NCBI GenBank assembly: GCA_049515915.1
Contig: JBEKTP010000004.1
Location: forward strand, 12,709 to 76,708
Origin: Patescibacteria group bacterium
Lineage (GTDB): Bacteria; Patescibacteriota; UBA1384; UBA12157; JAENIV01
DNA: 64,000 nt
Direction of reading: 5' to 3'
Shown here: piece by piece, positions 16,464-25,876 of the stretch
How the letters are laid out: every line of letters starts with the position of its first letter
Numbering within the stretch: the stretch's first letter is position 1
Position numbers and translations under genes: made by a program
The notes under the pieces: model-generated
What the model saw: the letters and a program-made list of their open reading frames with translations, nothing else
Database searches by the model: none
Told to the model about the DNA's origin: nothing

Positions 16464-17711
16464 TTATTCTCTCAAACTCGTTACGATTCGGTTAAGGACA
16501 CTGTCCATAACCGCTTCTTCACCCACTAAATCAATAGCTAAATTAGCTAAGCTCATAGGGGTGATATCCCAAGGGTTAACCAATTCATTAGTTTGATCAA
16601 CGACATTGGCCACATCTTGAGGCCGGATAAAATGGACGGAGGGTTTCCGAGCAAATGGCAAATTCGGTGACCACTCAGCATTTTTCAAAGTTTCTTCGAT
16701 TTCCGGAAGACTGGAGCCGCCGCCGCAAAGAAGAATTCTTGACGGCAATAAATCAACTGATGAAAATTCTTCAAGAGTCAATTCGACTCCCGAAAGCCAA
16801 ACTTGACAATCTGCTTTAAGCGCTTTCTTGACAAATTTCGCATCTTCTTCCGGCAACTCACCTTTAGAATATTTAATTTTCATCGTTTCTGCTTCTTCAA
16901 ACGAGCAACCAAACACTTGAGCGATTCTTTTGGTAAACGAGCGGCCACCCAAGGCAAACATTTTAGTGCCTTCGACACCGCCTTGGCGAACAACAGCGAT
17001 GTCCGAAGTACCGCCGCCAATATCGATAAAAATGGCACTAAATTCGGTGGATTCGTTTGGCCCAACCGACCGGGCTAAAGCATAAGGATCGGCCACAATC
17101 GAGAGGAGATCTAAGCCCAATTCATAGGCGATTGTTTGTAAAGCGCCAAGATGAACAATCGGCGCGAAAGCATTAAAAACACCGACATGAAGCTCCCGTC
17201 CTTGAAAACCCAAAGGGTTAGTGACTTTATAACCGTCAATTTTGACATCGGTAATGGCCGCGTTGACCAATTTCACATCAATTTCATTATGGCCGGTCTC
17301 CCAAGCCAAGATTTGTCTCGCGCGATCAAACGAACGGCGCTGAATGCGCGAGATAATATCTTTAAGCTCGTCGAGGGTGATTCCTACTTTAGGATCGGGT
17401 CGAGTATATTTAATGGTCGTGGTGTTACCTTTAACCAATTCACCGGCGATGCCCATAATAACCTGCTTGGGCATAATTTTAGCCTGTTCGGCCGCCCGAT
17501 CAATCGCTTTCGCACAATTTTTCACCACACCGTGAATATCGGTGACCGTACCGCCTTGCATATCGGAAAGTTTCTGCCGTTGGCGGCCGGTTCCCACAAT
17601 CAATCCTTTGTCGTCTTCGACTTTAAAAACCAGACATTTGGCGTATTCGGTTCCAATGTCGAGCGCGACGCAAAAACGGTTTTCAATTTTCCCTTTCCCG
17701 AATAAACCCAA
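16464..17711 (-). CDS. FtsA-like actin-fold ATPase
   Basis: ALDIGTE, FIDIGGGTSD, LCGGGS; no ftsZ adjacent. Confidence 0.85.
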   Translation of the reverse strand: MGLFGKGKIENRFCVALDIGTEYAKCLVFKVEDDKGLIVGTGRQRQKLSDMQGGTVTDIHGVVKNCAKAIDRAAEQAKIMPKQVIMGIAGELVKGNTTTIKYTRPDPKVGITLDELKDIISRIQRRSFDRARQILAWETGHNEIDVKLVNAAITDVKIDGYKVTNPLGFQGRELHVGVFNAFAPIVHLGALQTIAYELGLDLLSIVADPYALARSVGPNESTEFSAIFIDIGGGTSDIAVVRQGGVEGTKMFALGGRSFTKRIAQVFGCSFEEAETMKIKYSKGELPEEDAKFVKKALKADCQVWLSGVELTLEEFSSVDLLPSRILLCGGGSSLPEIEETLKNAEWSPNLPFARKPSVHFIRPQDVANVVDQTNELVNPWDITPMSLANLAIDLVGEEAVMDSVLNRIVTSLRE

Positions 17712-17806
17712 ATTCCCTCCCTATGAGCGGAATACACAAAAATTAGACTTGAAGTCTCTTCTTTCTTAGTATAGCACAAATTATCAATTTTGAATCGAAT
17801 AAATGC

Positions 17807-19534
17807 CTATTCAATAGTTGCTCTAATACGTCTGACGCCAGATGATGAAGATTCCTCTTTGATGATTTTGAATTTACCGATCTCGCCGGTGGATTTGACG
17901 TGCGGGCCGCCGCAGATTTCTTTAGATATTGTTCCGATACTAAAAACTTTCACAATTTCTGGATATTTGAAGCCGGGAATCGATGTCGCACCGGATTGTA
18001 ATGCTTCGGGGAACGACATTTCTTCCATTTTAACATCAAGATTTTGCGAAATCTTATCATTAACCCAATCTTCAATTTGTTTTATTTGTCCGTCAGTTAA
18101 TTTTTGTGGCCAGTTAAAATCAAAACGGATGCGTTCAGAATTAATATTGACGCCTTTTTGATTTACATTTTTGCCTAAAATTTCTCGCAGGGAAGCGAGC
18201 AGTAGGTGAGTGGCGGTGTGAAATTTAGTTTCAGTTTCCCCACCACTTGCCAGCCCACCTTTAAACATTCCAGCAGATGCAGTACGAGAAAGTTCTTGAT
18301 GTCGTTTTTCTTTTTCATCTACTGCAACTTTAATAAAATTCATCTCTTTATCGTCAAAGTCATTATTTCTATTTAAAAATTCCAGACTTAGTTCTAAGGG
18401 GAATCCATATGTCTGTTTTAAATCGGTCATCATTCCTGATATTGTCATGAAATTTCTTTGTGTTTTTGGTTGTGAGCTTACAATTTTTGATGCGATTTCT
18501 ATTCTTTCCAAACCCTTTTCTAATGTTTGTCGAAATTTTTTCTCTTCAATTTCAATACTATCTAAGATATTTCCCTCCCCAACTAAAAGATTGTTATTCT
18601 TATAGACTTCAAAAATTCTTTCGCCAATCTCATATGTAAAATTCTTTTCAAGACCGATTTGTCTAGCTTTAATAACTGCTCTTCGAATTAAGCGGCGGAC
18701 AATATAGCCGGCGTCTTTATTGGATGGCAAAATTCCATCATTAATCGCAAAAGTTGCCGCTTTAAGATGATCAGCAACAATCCGAAATTCTGTTTGATAG
18801 TCTTGATACTTTTTGCCAGAAATTGATTCGATTTTTCTAATTATCGGTGCAAAAACATCGGTTTCGTAGACATCTTTTTCCCCTTTTATCACTACCAACA
18901 TTCTTTCTAATCCCATACCGGTATCAACGCCCGGGGTTGCAAGTTTGTGATACGAACCATCGGTATTTTGGTAATATTCGTTAAAAACTAACGTCCAGAC
19001 TTCAATATTATCAACAAACATCTCCACACAAGGCCCGCAAGGTCCTTCATCGCCAGTCGGCCCCCAAAAACAATCTTCGCGGCCGTGTTCTTCAAATTTC
19101 AAATTTATCGATTCTAAAATTTTTGCCGATTCATCGTCGCGGGGATTCGTCTCATCGCCGCCGAAAATCGAGCACTTTAATTTTTTAGGATTGATATCAA
19201 GCTCTTTTACTAAAAATTCATATCCCCACTCGATTGCCTCTTTTTTAAAATAGCCGCCGAAGGAAAAGTTCCCAAGCATTTCAAAAAAAGTTAAATGAGT
19301 GTCATCACCGACTTCCTCGATATCAGAGGTTCGTAAACACGACTGGCAAGTGACGATATTTTTGGCTGGTGCTTCTTCGGGATGAGTATAAAATTTTTTA
19401 AACTGCTGCATACCGGCTGTCGTAAACAAAACCGAGGGATCATTTTCGGGAATCAAAGAAGCTGGCGGCATTTCCCTATGTCCCTTGCTCACAAAAAAAC
19501 TAATAAATTTTTGGCGTAAATCTTGAGCCGTCAT
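17807..19534 (-). CDS. alaS: Alanine--tRNA ligase (short form, no C-Ala domain)
   Basis: LFTTAGMQ, TFFEMLGNFS, DTGMGLER, HTATHLL, CGGPH, GVRRI at the C-terminus. Confidence 0.97.
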   Translation of the reverse strand: MTAQDLRQKFISFFVSKGHREMPPASLIPENDPSVLFTTAGMQQFKKFYTHPEEAPAKNIVTCQSCLRTSDIEEVGDDTHLTFFEMLGNFSFGGYFKKEAIEWGYEFLVKELDINPKKLKCSIFGGDETNPRDDESAKILESINLKFEEHGREDCFWGPTGDEGPCGPCVEMFVDNIEVWTLVFNEYYQNTDGSYHKLATPGVDTGMGLERMLVVIKGEKDVYETDVFAPIIRKIESISGKKYQDYQTEFRIVADHLKAATFAINDGILPSNKDAGYIVRRLIRRAVIKARQIGLEKNFTYEIGERIFEVYKNNNLLVGEGNILDSIEIEEKKFRQTLEKGLERIEIASKIVSSQPKTQRNFMTISGMMTDLKQTYGFPLELSLEFLNRNNDFDDKEMNFIKVAVDEKEKRHQELSRTASAGMFKGGLASGGETETKFHTATHLLLASLREILGKNVNQKGVNINSERIRFDFNWPQKLTDGQIKQIEDWVNDKISQNLDVKMEEMSFPEALQSGATSIPGFKYPEIVKVFSIGTISKEICGGPHVKSTGEIGKFKIIKEESSSSGVRRIRATIE

Positions 19535-20152
19535 TTAATATCCTAAGATAACCGCTCTGACAAAATCGGCCACGCTTGAAAAAGTTTGATTAAGTTTACT
19601 GACTTTGACGTCAACGGGCTTGCTGTACCAAGTACCATAAACTTCGTTATATTTACTTTCGACGCTTTGAATTTTTGAAATGTAGCCCACCGTTTCAATC
19701 GGCAGCTGGCCGACTCCGTCTTTATAATTATCAACCCGGGGCACGCCGGCGTTGTAGGCCGCAATGGCCAGATCGGAGCGGCCAGGATATTTATCAAGTA
19801 AACCTTTAAGATAAAATGTGCCGTATTCAATGTTCGTGTCCGGGTCGAACAAATTGCCGAAAGATTGGCCCAAATCACTGGCAATCGAACGTCCGGTCGC
19901 CGGCATAATTTGCATTAAACCTTCGGCCCCGGCCCCCGAAACCGCCTTGGGATTAAAATGGCTCTCGGAAAAAATCACGGCGCAAACTAAATTAGGATCA
20001 ACACCAAATTGTTGAGTATATTTCTGAATGGAAACTTGATAGTCCAACGGATAAACAATTTCCCCCCAGGCTTTTGAACCATAAATATAAAAGATCACTA
20101 ATAAAATAATAGTGATGCCGCTAATAATAATTAATTGAATCCTTCTTTTCAT
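19535..20152 (-). CDS. Lytic transglycosylase (SLT domain)
   Basis: AVIFSES, GAEGLMQIMP, AAYNAG, ET..Y. Confidence 0.93.
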   Translation of the reverse strand: MKRRIQLIIISGITIILLVIFYIYGSKAWGEIVYPLDYQVSIQKYTQQFGVDPNLVCAVIFSESHFNPKAVSGAGAEGLMQIMPATGRSIASDLGQSFGNLFDPDTNIEYGTFYLKGLLDKYPGRSDLAIAAYNAGVPRVDNYKDGVGQLPIETVGYISKIQSVESKYNEVYGTWYSKPVDVKVSKLNQTFSSVADFVRAVILGY

Positions 20153-20303
20153 TCTTTCCTAGAACCATCTTATCAGGAAAAACCCCAATTGTCTATCAAA
20201 ATATATAAAAAAATACCCAGGGCAAGGCTTGATAAGTAAATTTTACTTTGGGCGGCAAATCCAATAATTACTAGAGTCTAAAATGTGATTATTATTGAGT
20301 TAT

Positions 20304-20534
20304 TTATCGCGCACAATTCAATGATAAATTATCTGCTTTAGAGGTTAGTTTTTCGGCTTTCTTTAAAAATTTCGTTGCCTCTAAAATCTCCACTAATACG
20401 GGCATATTGCTTTTAGTAAAATGAACGACAATATTGCCGATTTCTTTAGCATAATCAATCGGCTGACTGGTTATTTCATAAGTCAAAACATCGGCTTCTG
20501 GTTCATAATTAATTTTTAGCTGATTACTTTTCAT
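20304..20534 (-). CDS. DUF2283-type putative antitoxin
   Basis: INYEPEADVL...VLVEILEAT pattern; overlaps the upstream toxin-like gene. Confidence 0.75.
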   Translation of the reverse strand: MKSNQLKINYEPEADVLTYEITSQPIDYAKEIGNIVVHFTKSNMPVLVEILEATKFLKKAEKLTSKADNLSLNCAR

Positions 20535-20775
20535 ATTGTGTTCTCCTGCCTGGATAGAAGGTGATGACCTTAATCAAGCCCTCTCCTTGTTTATAGACTA
20601 CTCGCAAAACATGGGTTTTGTTAAATTTTCTCTAGGCGATAAGCAGCGGCAAACGGGATTTATCAATTTTATCAGGGTTCATAATCGTTTCTGTTACTTG
20701 CTCTTTTGAGATAGAAAATTTGTGTTTTCGTAAAATTTCAAACTTTTCTTTAGCGTGTTTGGTAAAATAAATCAT
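20524..20775 (-). pseudogene. DUF4258/RelE-like toxin with in-frame TAG at codon 48
   Basis: MIYFTKHAKEK...PDKI...LIA*RKFNKTHVLRVVY...VITFYP; TAG at 20632-20634. Confidence 0.75.
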
Positions 20776-20795
20776 AAAATTTGACAAATTCTAAC

Positions 20796-20883
20796 TGGTG
20801 CCCGAGGTGGGATTCGAACCCACACGACCGGTTAAGGTCACATCATTTTAAGTGATGCGAGTATTCCGTTTCTCCACTCGGGC
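20796..20883 (-). tRNA. tRNA-Leu(TAA)
   Basis: GCCCGAG...CATCA-CT-TAA-AA-TGATG, long variable arm, TTCGAAT T-loop, ACCA end. Confidence 0.95.
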
Positions 20884-20889
20884 ATGTTT

Positions 20890-21357
20890 CTATCTTCTAT
20901 TTCTTCCTCTATGTGTTGGCTTTAAGCTGTGACAATTTGGACATAGTATTCTTAAATTTTTCAATCTATTATCACGACTATTCCCATTTATGTGGTCAAT
21001 CTCTAAAGGCAAACGACCATCCTTTGATCTTTTAGCCCATCCGCATTCTTCACAATAAGGCAGTTTTAATCCAGCAGAAAGTAGTCTATTTTTCAATTTA
21101 TAACTCTGAAAAGTACTATTGGACACTATTATTTTTTTAATTGGGATTCTTGGTCTACTTAACCCCCGTAAACCTTTATTCCAGCCCCGCCCTTTAAGAT
21201 GCGATACATCTATATTATACAACTTAATATATTTTTGTATCTGGCTATAATTTCCGCCTGCCTCGCGCAGTCTTAATCGAATTAGTATTTGCCGGATACT
21301 TCTTGAATTCTTTACTGCTACCCTCAAATCATTTTCCGTCCATTTTCTTTCTCTCAT
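20890..21357 (-). CDS. HNH endonuclease
   Basis: CEECG...LEIDHINGNSRDNRLKNLRILCPNCH; likely ATG 21357, 6 nt after a TTGATT-17-TATACT promoter. Confidence 0.9.
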   Translation of the reverse strand: MRERKWTENDLRVAVKNSRSIRQILIRLRLREAGGNYSQIQKYIKLYNIDVSHLKGRGWNKGLRGLSRPRIPIKKIIVSNSTFQSYKLKNRLLSAGLKLPYCEECGWAKRSKDGRLPLEIDHINGNSRDNRLKNLRILCPNCHSLKPTHRGRNRR

Positions 21358-21418
21358 ATTTCCAGTATATAATACGGCAAACGTATAATCAAGCATATCT
21401 GTCTGTGTCTACCACTAT

Positions 21419-22429
21419 TTATTTTAGCACGATTTCCCAACTCTCACCGCTTAATCTTAATTTAGCGGGAATTGTAAAGCCGGCCGCGCGTTTGTGGCCA
21501 CCGCCGCCGAAAAGTTTGGCGATTTTGGAAACATCAACATCATCGCGCTCAGTCCGTAATGAGGCTCGAATCTCTCCTTCGGGAGTTTCGAAAAACAAAA
21601 TGGCCGCTCGCACGTCAGGAATCGTATCCATCAAATTGACTACCCCCGTCAAGTCGGCATAAATAGCCCCACAATCTTCTAAGTCCTGGCGGGTAATGAC
21701 TGAAGAAACAATCTGCAAATCTAAATTTTTCCGGATTCTCCCCAAGGCCACGCCCCAAAGCTTGAGTGAAGAAACGCTTTTATTTAAAGCGACATTTTTC
21801 GTAATTTTTTTTAGCTGGGCCCCGCTGTTTAAAAGTTTTGAGGCCACCTTTAGTGTTTCGGGACTAGTGTTCGGATGTTTAAAGCCGCCGGTATCGGTGT
21901 AAATACCGGTCAACAAAGCGGTCGCAATGTCACGGCTGATTGGGGTGCCCAACTCATTTAAAATGGCCCAAACAATTTCCGAGGCCGAGGAAACTTTTTG
22001 GTCAATAAGATTATAATTAGCGACTTTCCAAAGATCGTTTTTGGGATGATGATCGATATTAATTAAGTTCTTGCTGATTTTGGCGAATTTCTTTAATCTT
22101 TCCGGAAAACCGGTTCGTTTAAGATCGCCGCAATCGATGATAATAATGACTTCATAATCACCAAAAAGAATATCTTGTTTAATCTCTTCGCTTTGGGGTA
22201 AAAAAACAAAAGGCTTCGGAACAGCATCTTTGCAAACCATCGAAACTTTCTTATGCATCCCTTTCAAAGTTAAATAGAGCGCCAAGGTGGCCGCTAAAGT
22301 ATCACCATCGGGATCTTGATGGATCATTAAAAGAAAGTTCTGATAGTTTCGAATTTTTGAGATGACTTTATCTAATAGCATCAGGTTGACTCCACTCGCC
22401 GTCAATCCCGACTTTCGGCTCGAGATCAT
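21419..22429 (-). CDS. DHH/DHHA1 phosphoesterase (NrnA-like)
   Basis: HQDPDGD, NIDHH, TDTG, GGGGHKRAAG; alternative start at 22381. Confidence 0.93.
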   Translation of the reverse strand: MISSRKSGLTASGVNLMLLDKVISKIRNYQNFLLMIHQDPDGDTLAATLALYLTLKGMHKKVSMVCKDAVPKPFVFLPQSEEIKQDILFGDYEVIIIIDCGDLKRTGFPERLKKFAKISKNLINIDHHPKNDLWKVANYNLIDQKVSSASEIVWAILNELGTPISRDIATALLTGIYTDTGGFKHPNTSPETLKVASKLLNSGAQLKKITKNVALNKSVSSLKLWGVALGRIRKNLDLQIVSSVITRQDLEDCGAIYADLTGVVNLMDTIPDVRAAILFFETPEGEIRASLRTERDDVDVSKIAKLFGGGGHKRAAGFTIPAKLRLSGESWEIVLK

Positions 22430-22902
22430 TTCGAAGGATTGAGGACGACAACTTTTCTTTCTTCGGCCGGCAAATCAGTGTAAGTTACCTTATACTGATC
22501 CATCGACTCGTGAGTTTGTCCCTCCGCTTTGAGAAAGCTTTCTAAGTCCTCCGTATACATTGGTATCACCACCGCCGGTTCGATTTGGCTAATCACTTCT
22601 AAGGCCGTCTTCGTCTCGGTAAATTCACCCCCGCCAACACCGATTAAAAGAACGTTGATGCCGTCGAGTTTTTCAAGCTCTTCGTCGGAAAAAATTTTTC
22701 CTTTTTTCATCCAAGCAACCGTCATTCGTTCCGAAAGAACTTCGGTAACCCCATCAATGACTTCCACTTGAACGCCACCCGATTCGTATTCGCCCGGCGT
22801 CGTAATTTTTAACTCACCCAGCATGATCTCTTGGCCGATTTTGACGGTTTTATTTTTAGTTTTAAGCGTGAAATTTTCTTTTCCGTCCCAGGAAATAATC
22901 AT
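22426..22902 (-). CDS. Short MBL-fold-like protein
   Basis: PGEYE..GV, VLLIGVGGG, IEPAVVIPM; metal-binding HxHxDH motif not seen. Confidence 0.7.
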   Translation of the reverse strand: MIISWDGKENFTLKTKNKTVKIGQEIMLGELKITTPGEYESGGVQVEVIDGVTEVLSERMTVAWMKKGKIFSDEELEKLDGINVLLIGVGGGEFTETKTALEVISQIEPAVVIPMYTEDLESFLKAEGQTHESMDQYKVTYTDLPAEERKVVVLNPSK

Positions 22903-22922
22903 TTTCCTCCTCTGGCAACAAT

Positions 22923-24062
22923 TTATTTGGTTTTCTTATGTTTCGGCCCGGCAGTCTTTTTCGCCCTCTTTTTGGTTTCTTTCTTTTCAACGGCTTTAAG
23001 TGAAAGACTTAATTTGTGGACTTCCGGTTCAACGGAAATAATCTTGAACTGATAAGACTTTCCTTCCTCGATCACATCTTTCGGATTACTGATTTTTTCA
23101 CCCAGCTCGGAAATATGGACCAAGGCATCGAGCTGACCGACTTGAATGAATGCTCCGTAAGGGGTTATCTTGGTGACTTTTCCTTCCACAATTTGGCCGA
23201 CCTTATAATCAGCCGCTGCTTTCAGCCACGGATCAGGCAAAAGCCGCTTAATCGAGAGAGAGACCCGGTTATTCTCAATCGAAATCACGGAAACCTCTAC
23301 CTTTTGGCCAATTTTAAATTGCTCGCTTAAATCAACAATATGATCCCAAGATGCTTCGGAAATATGGACTAAACCTTCGATGTCCGATGAATCCGGTATT
23401 TGCAGCTTAACAAACAAACCAAAATTCACAATGCCAGTGATTTCGGCCGTAAATTTTTGACCAACTTTCAATTTTTTAATTTTTTCTTGTTGGACGACAT
23501 CACCGGCCGCTTTTTCAGAAAAGATTAATTTACCAGAAGCCGGCTCAAAGCTTAAAACTTTAACTTGAAAAGTTTGGCCGACTAATTCTTTTAAGCGGGA
23601 AAAAATTTCTTCGCGGTCGCCTGAGGAAACTTTCGGATAGTGAGAACTGGCCAATTGGGAAACCGGCAAAAATCCTTCAAAATCGCCGAATTGACAAAGT
23701 AACCCACCTTTATTGGCCGAGGTGGTTTTGACTTGTAAAATATCACCCGTTTCAAATTTAGTCGCCAAAATTTTAGAAATGCGCTCTTTGTCCGCTCGGC
23801 GTAATGATAAAATAACGTAACCATCATCATTTTCAACCGTTAGAACATACGCTAAAACCTTGTCTCCCACTTTGAGTGTATCAACATCGGGTGAAAATTC
23901 TTGCTCGGGAATATAACCCAAGGCAAACCCTCCCACATCGACCAAAAGTCGGTTTTTCAACACCTGTAAAATTTTTACTTCAAAAAGCTCTCCCGCCTTA
24001 ATCGGAATAAGTTTTCCGCCGTACTTGGCGAGCAAATCTTTCATTGACTCGGGACTTTTCAT
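22923..24062 (-). CDS. rpsA: 30S ribosomal protein S1 (four S1 domains)
   Basis: Repeated S1 motifs: GFLPVSQL, FGLFV..EGLVHISE, YGAFI..ALVHISE. Confidence 0.93.
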   Translation of the reverse strand: MKSPESMKDLLAKYGGKLIPIKAGELFEVKILQVLKNRLLVDVGGFALGYIPEQEFSPDVDTLKVGDKVLAYVLTVENDDGYVILSLRRADKERISKILATKFETGDILQVKTTSANKGGLLCQFGDFEGFLPVSQLASSHYPKVSSGDREEIFSRLKELVGQTFQVKVLSFEPASGKLIFSEKAAGDVVQQEKIKKLKVGQKFTAEITGIVNFGLFVKLQIPDSSDIEGLVHISEASWDHIVDLSEQFKIGQKVEVSVISIENNRVSLSIKRLLPDPWLKAAADYKVGQIVEGKVTKITPYGAFIQVGQLDALVHISELGEKISNPKDVIEEGKSYQFKIISVEPEVHKLSLSLKAVEKKETKKRAKKTAGPKHKKTK

Positions 24063-24089
24063 TTTAATTAATCCTTTCTGAAAAAAATA

Positions 24090-24509
24090 CTATTGATGAC
24101 GGGAAGGCAAGTATTTTTCAAAATTTTTTCTTTCATAATATCTTTTAACTAATTTTGGAAACATCCTAAAGCGATAATCTAAAATCGATAAACCGAAAAG
24201 AAAAAAAGCTAAGAACAAAACTATCATAAAGAATCGGCTGCCCAGATAAGCCAGTTGCTGCCATCGAAAGAAGCTCAAAATTAAACCCATCAGACCCGTG
24301 TAAAAAAACAAATTAAAGAGCCCTTTTTGCAGCGGTTGGTAAAGCGGCAATTTTTTATTTTTCTGCCCGAGCAAAAACCAAAAAACAAACGCCAACAGAA
24401 TAAACAGAACAAAAATCGCCACGATATAGAGGAAGCTACGGTGAAACGGCGGCGTTTTTTCAAAAATGTAATCGGTCGAAAAAAATTGTTTAAAATCGAT
24501 ATTGGGCAT
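24090..24509 (-). CDS. Hypothetical membrane protein (about 3 TM)
   Basis: Hydrophobic ORF ending KYLP; ATG lies 4 nt after the tRNA-Phe CCA. Confidence 0.75.
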   Translation of the reverse strand: MPNIDFKQFFSTDYIFEKTPPFHRSFLYIVAIFVLFILLAFVFWFLLGQKNKKLPLYQPLQKGLFNLFFYTGLMGLILSFFRWQQLAYLGSRFFMIVLFLAFFLFGLSILDYRFRMFPKLVKRYYERKNFEKYLPSRHQ

Positions 24510-24513
24510 GGCG

Positions 24514-24798
24514 TGGTGCCTGGGGGCAGAATCGGACTGCCGACACCATGATTTTCCATTTTTATTTGGACTATCTCATCATCCCGATCAATCGGGAGTT
24601 GGGCGCTAATACAAGATTATTGTTGGGACTCACTTGTTAGTCTCTACACCTTCTTCAGTACTCAAACCCACTGAAGCTTGGCTCGGGATTATCGATATAA
24701 GAATTCGACTTCCCCGAATTCACCCAATTTTCATCTCCGATTTACACCGGAGCGGACCGAAAATTCAGTCATGTGCTCTACCACTGAGCTACCCAGGC
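24514..24798 (-). tRNA. tRNA-Phe(GAA), intron-containing (exons 24767-24798 and 24514-24556)
   Basis: Joined exons give a 75-nt cloverleaf with CATGA-CT-GAA-AA-TCATG and ACCA end. Confidence 0.93.
24557..24766 (-). ncRNA. Group I self-splicing intron, 210 nt, no ORF
   Basis: P AATTCGGGGAA, Q AATCCCGAGC, R GTAGAGACTA, S GAGATAGTCC; P1 with U.G at the 5' splice site; terminal G. Confidence 0.92.
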
Positions 24799-24913
24799 AT
24801 GATTTATTTTTAAAAAACATGAAATGAGAAATGAGGTTTCTTGACTGACCGCACTTCACATTTCTCATCTTGAATATACTTATAAGGGTTAGGAGATTGA
24901 TATTGAAAGACGC

Positions 24914-25528
24914 TTACATCTTAACAAAATGAATCCTATTTATCAAGTGTTCGAGTAAACCCTGGCGACGAACATAGACAATGATTATCCAAAGCAAAGT
25001 GATATTGACAATCGGATAGATAATTAGATTTTCAAACCAATGGCCAGTTTTGATGCGCAATTTTCCCAAGGGATCGGGCGGAATGCCAAAATGATAGGGA
25101 AGGGGAAAGAGCAAGGGTACACCGGCTTCGGTAAACATATCGGCCAATAAATGCCCGCCGTAACCAATAATAAATGCTAGGTAGACCAAACCAAAATCGA
25201 TGGTTGTCAAAATAGGAATGAAAGAGAACATTAGTTTTAGAATTAAAAAATAAAGCAAAGATAAAAGGCCGAGCCCGATAAAAGAATGAGAAAGATGCCG
25301 GTGGCCGCCAATAAAAGCCGGCTTAACTATTCGCGATAAAACCGAGCCAGCGGGAATTTTCCGCCAGAGCTCGCCGGTCGGCGTATCCAAATCAGGTGCG
25401 CTTGAACCGATCACCGTCGAGACGATTAATAATATGATTAATATCGGTGAGAGTTCAATTTTATAAAGTAACAAAAAAACAATCGCTGAAAAAGTTAACC
25501 CTACTGAAACGTGAGTTTTGTAAGTCAT
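24914..25528 (-). CDS. YdjM-like membrane metal-dependent hydrolase
   Basis: TH, PDLD, GHRHLSHS, HLLADMFT..GVPLLFP. Confidence 0.88.
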   Translation of the reverse strand: MTYKTHVSVGLTFSAIVFLLLYKIELSPILIILLIVSTVIGSSAPDLDTPTGELWRKIPAGSVLSRIVKPAFIGGHRHLSHSFIGLGLLSLLYFLILKLMFSFIPILTTIDFGLVYLAFIIGYGGHLLADMFTEAGVPLLFPLPYHFGIPPDPLGKLRIKTGHWFENLIIYPIVNITLLWIIIVYVRRQGLLEHLINRIHFVKM

Positions 25529-25582
25529 GTGATAATAATACTATAGCCAACAAAACTAAAAAAGCCGCACTGGCTTTCCTTT

Positions 25583-25657
25583 TGGTGGGCGGTGAAGGAT
25601 TTGAACCTACGACATCCTCGATGTAAACGAGGCGCTCTACCGCTGAGCTAACCGCCC
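25583..25657 (-). tRNA. tRNA-Val(TAC)
   Basis: GGGCGGTTAGCTCAG...CCTCG-TT-TAC-AT-CGAGG...ACCA. Confidence 0.95.
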
Positions 25658-25658
25658 T

Positions 25659-25746
25659 TGGTGCCCGGGAGAGGATTCGAACCTCCACGAGCTTGCGCTC
25701 ACAGCCACCTCAAGGCTGCGCGTATAGCCAATTCCGCCACCCGGGC
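25659..25746 (-). tRNA. tRNA-Leu(GAG)
   Basis: CAGCC-TT-GAG-GT-GGCTG, long variable arm, ACCA. Confidence 0.95.
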
Positions 25747-25789
25747 ATATCAGATAATTATACTCGTCTGTAATTAGATATTCAAGAAA

Positions 25790-25872
25790 TGCCCGCGGTC
25801 AGATTTGAACTGACACGGCCTTGCGGCCATACGGCTCTGAACCGTACACGTCTACCGTTCCGTCACGCGGGC
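25790..25872 (-). tRNA. tRNA-Leu(CAG), CCA not encoded
   Basis: TACGG-TT-CAG-AG-CCGTA, long variable arm; ends GCGGGCA then TTT. Confidence 0.92.
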
Positions 25873-25876
25873 AAGT

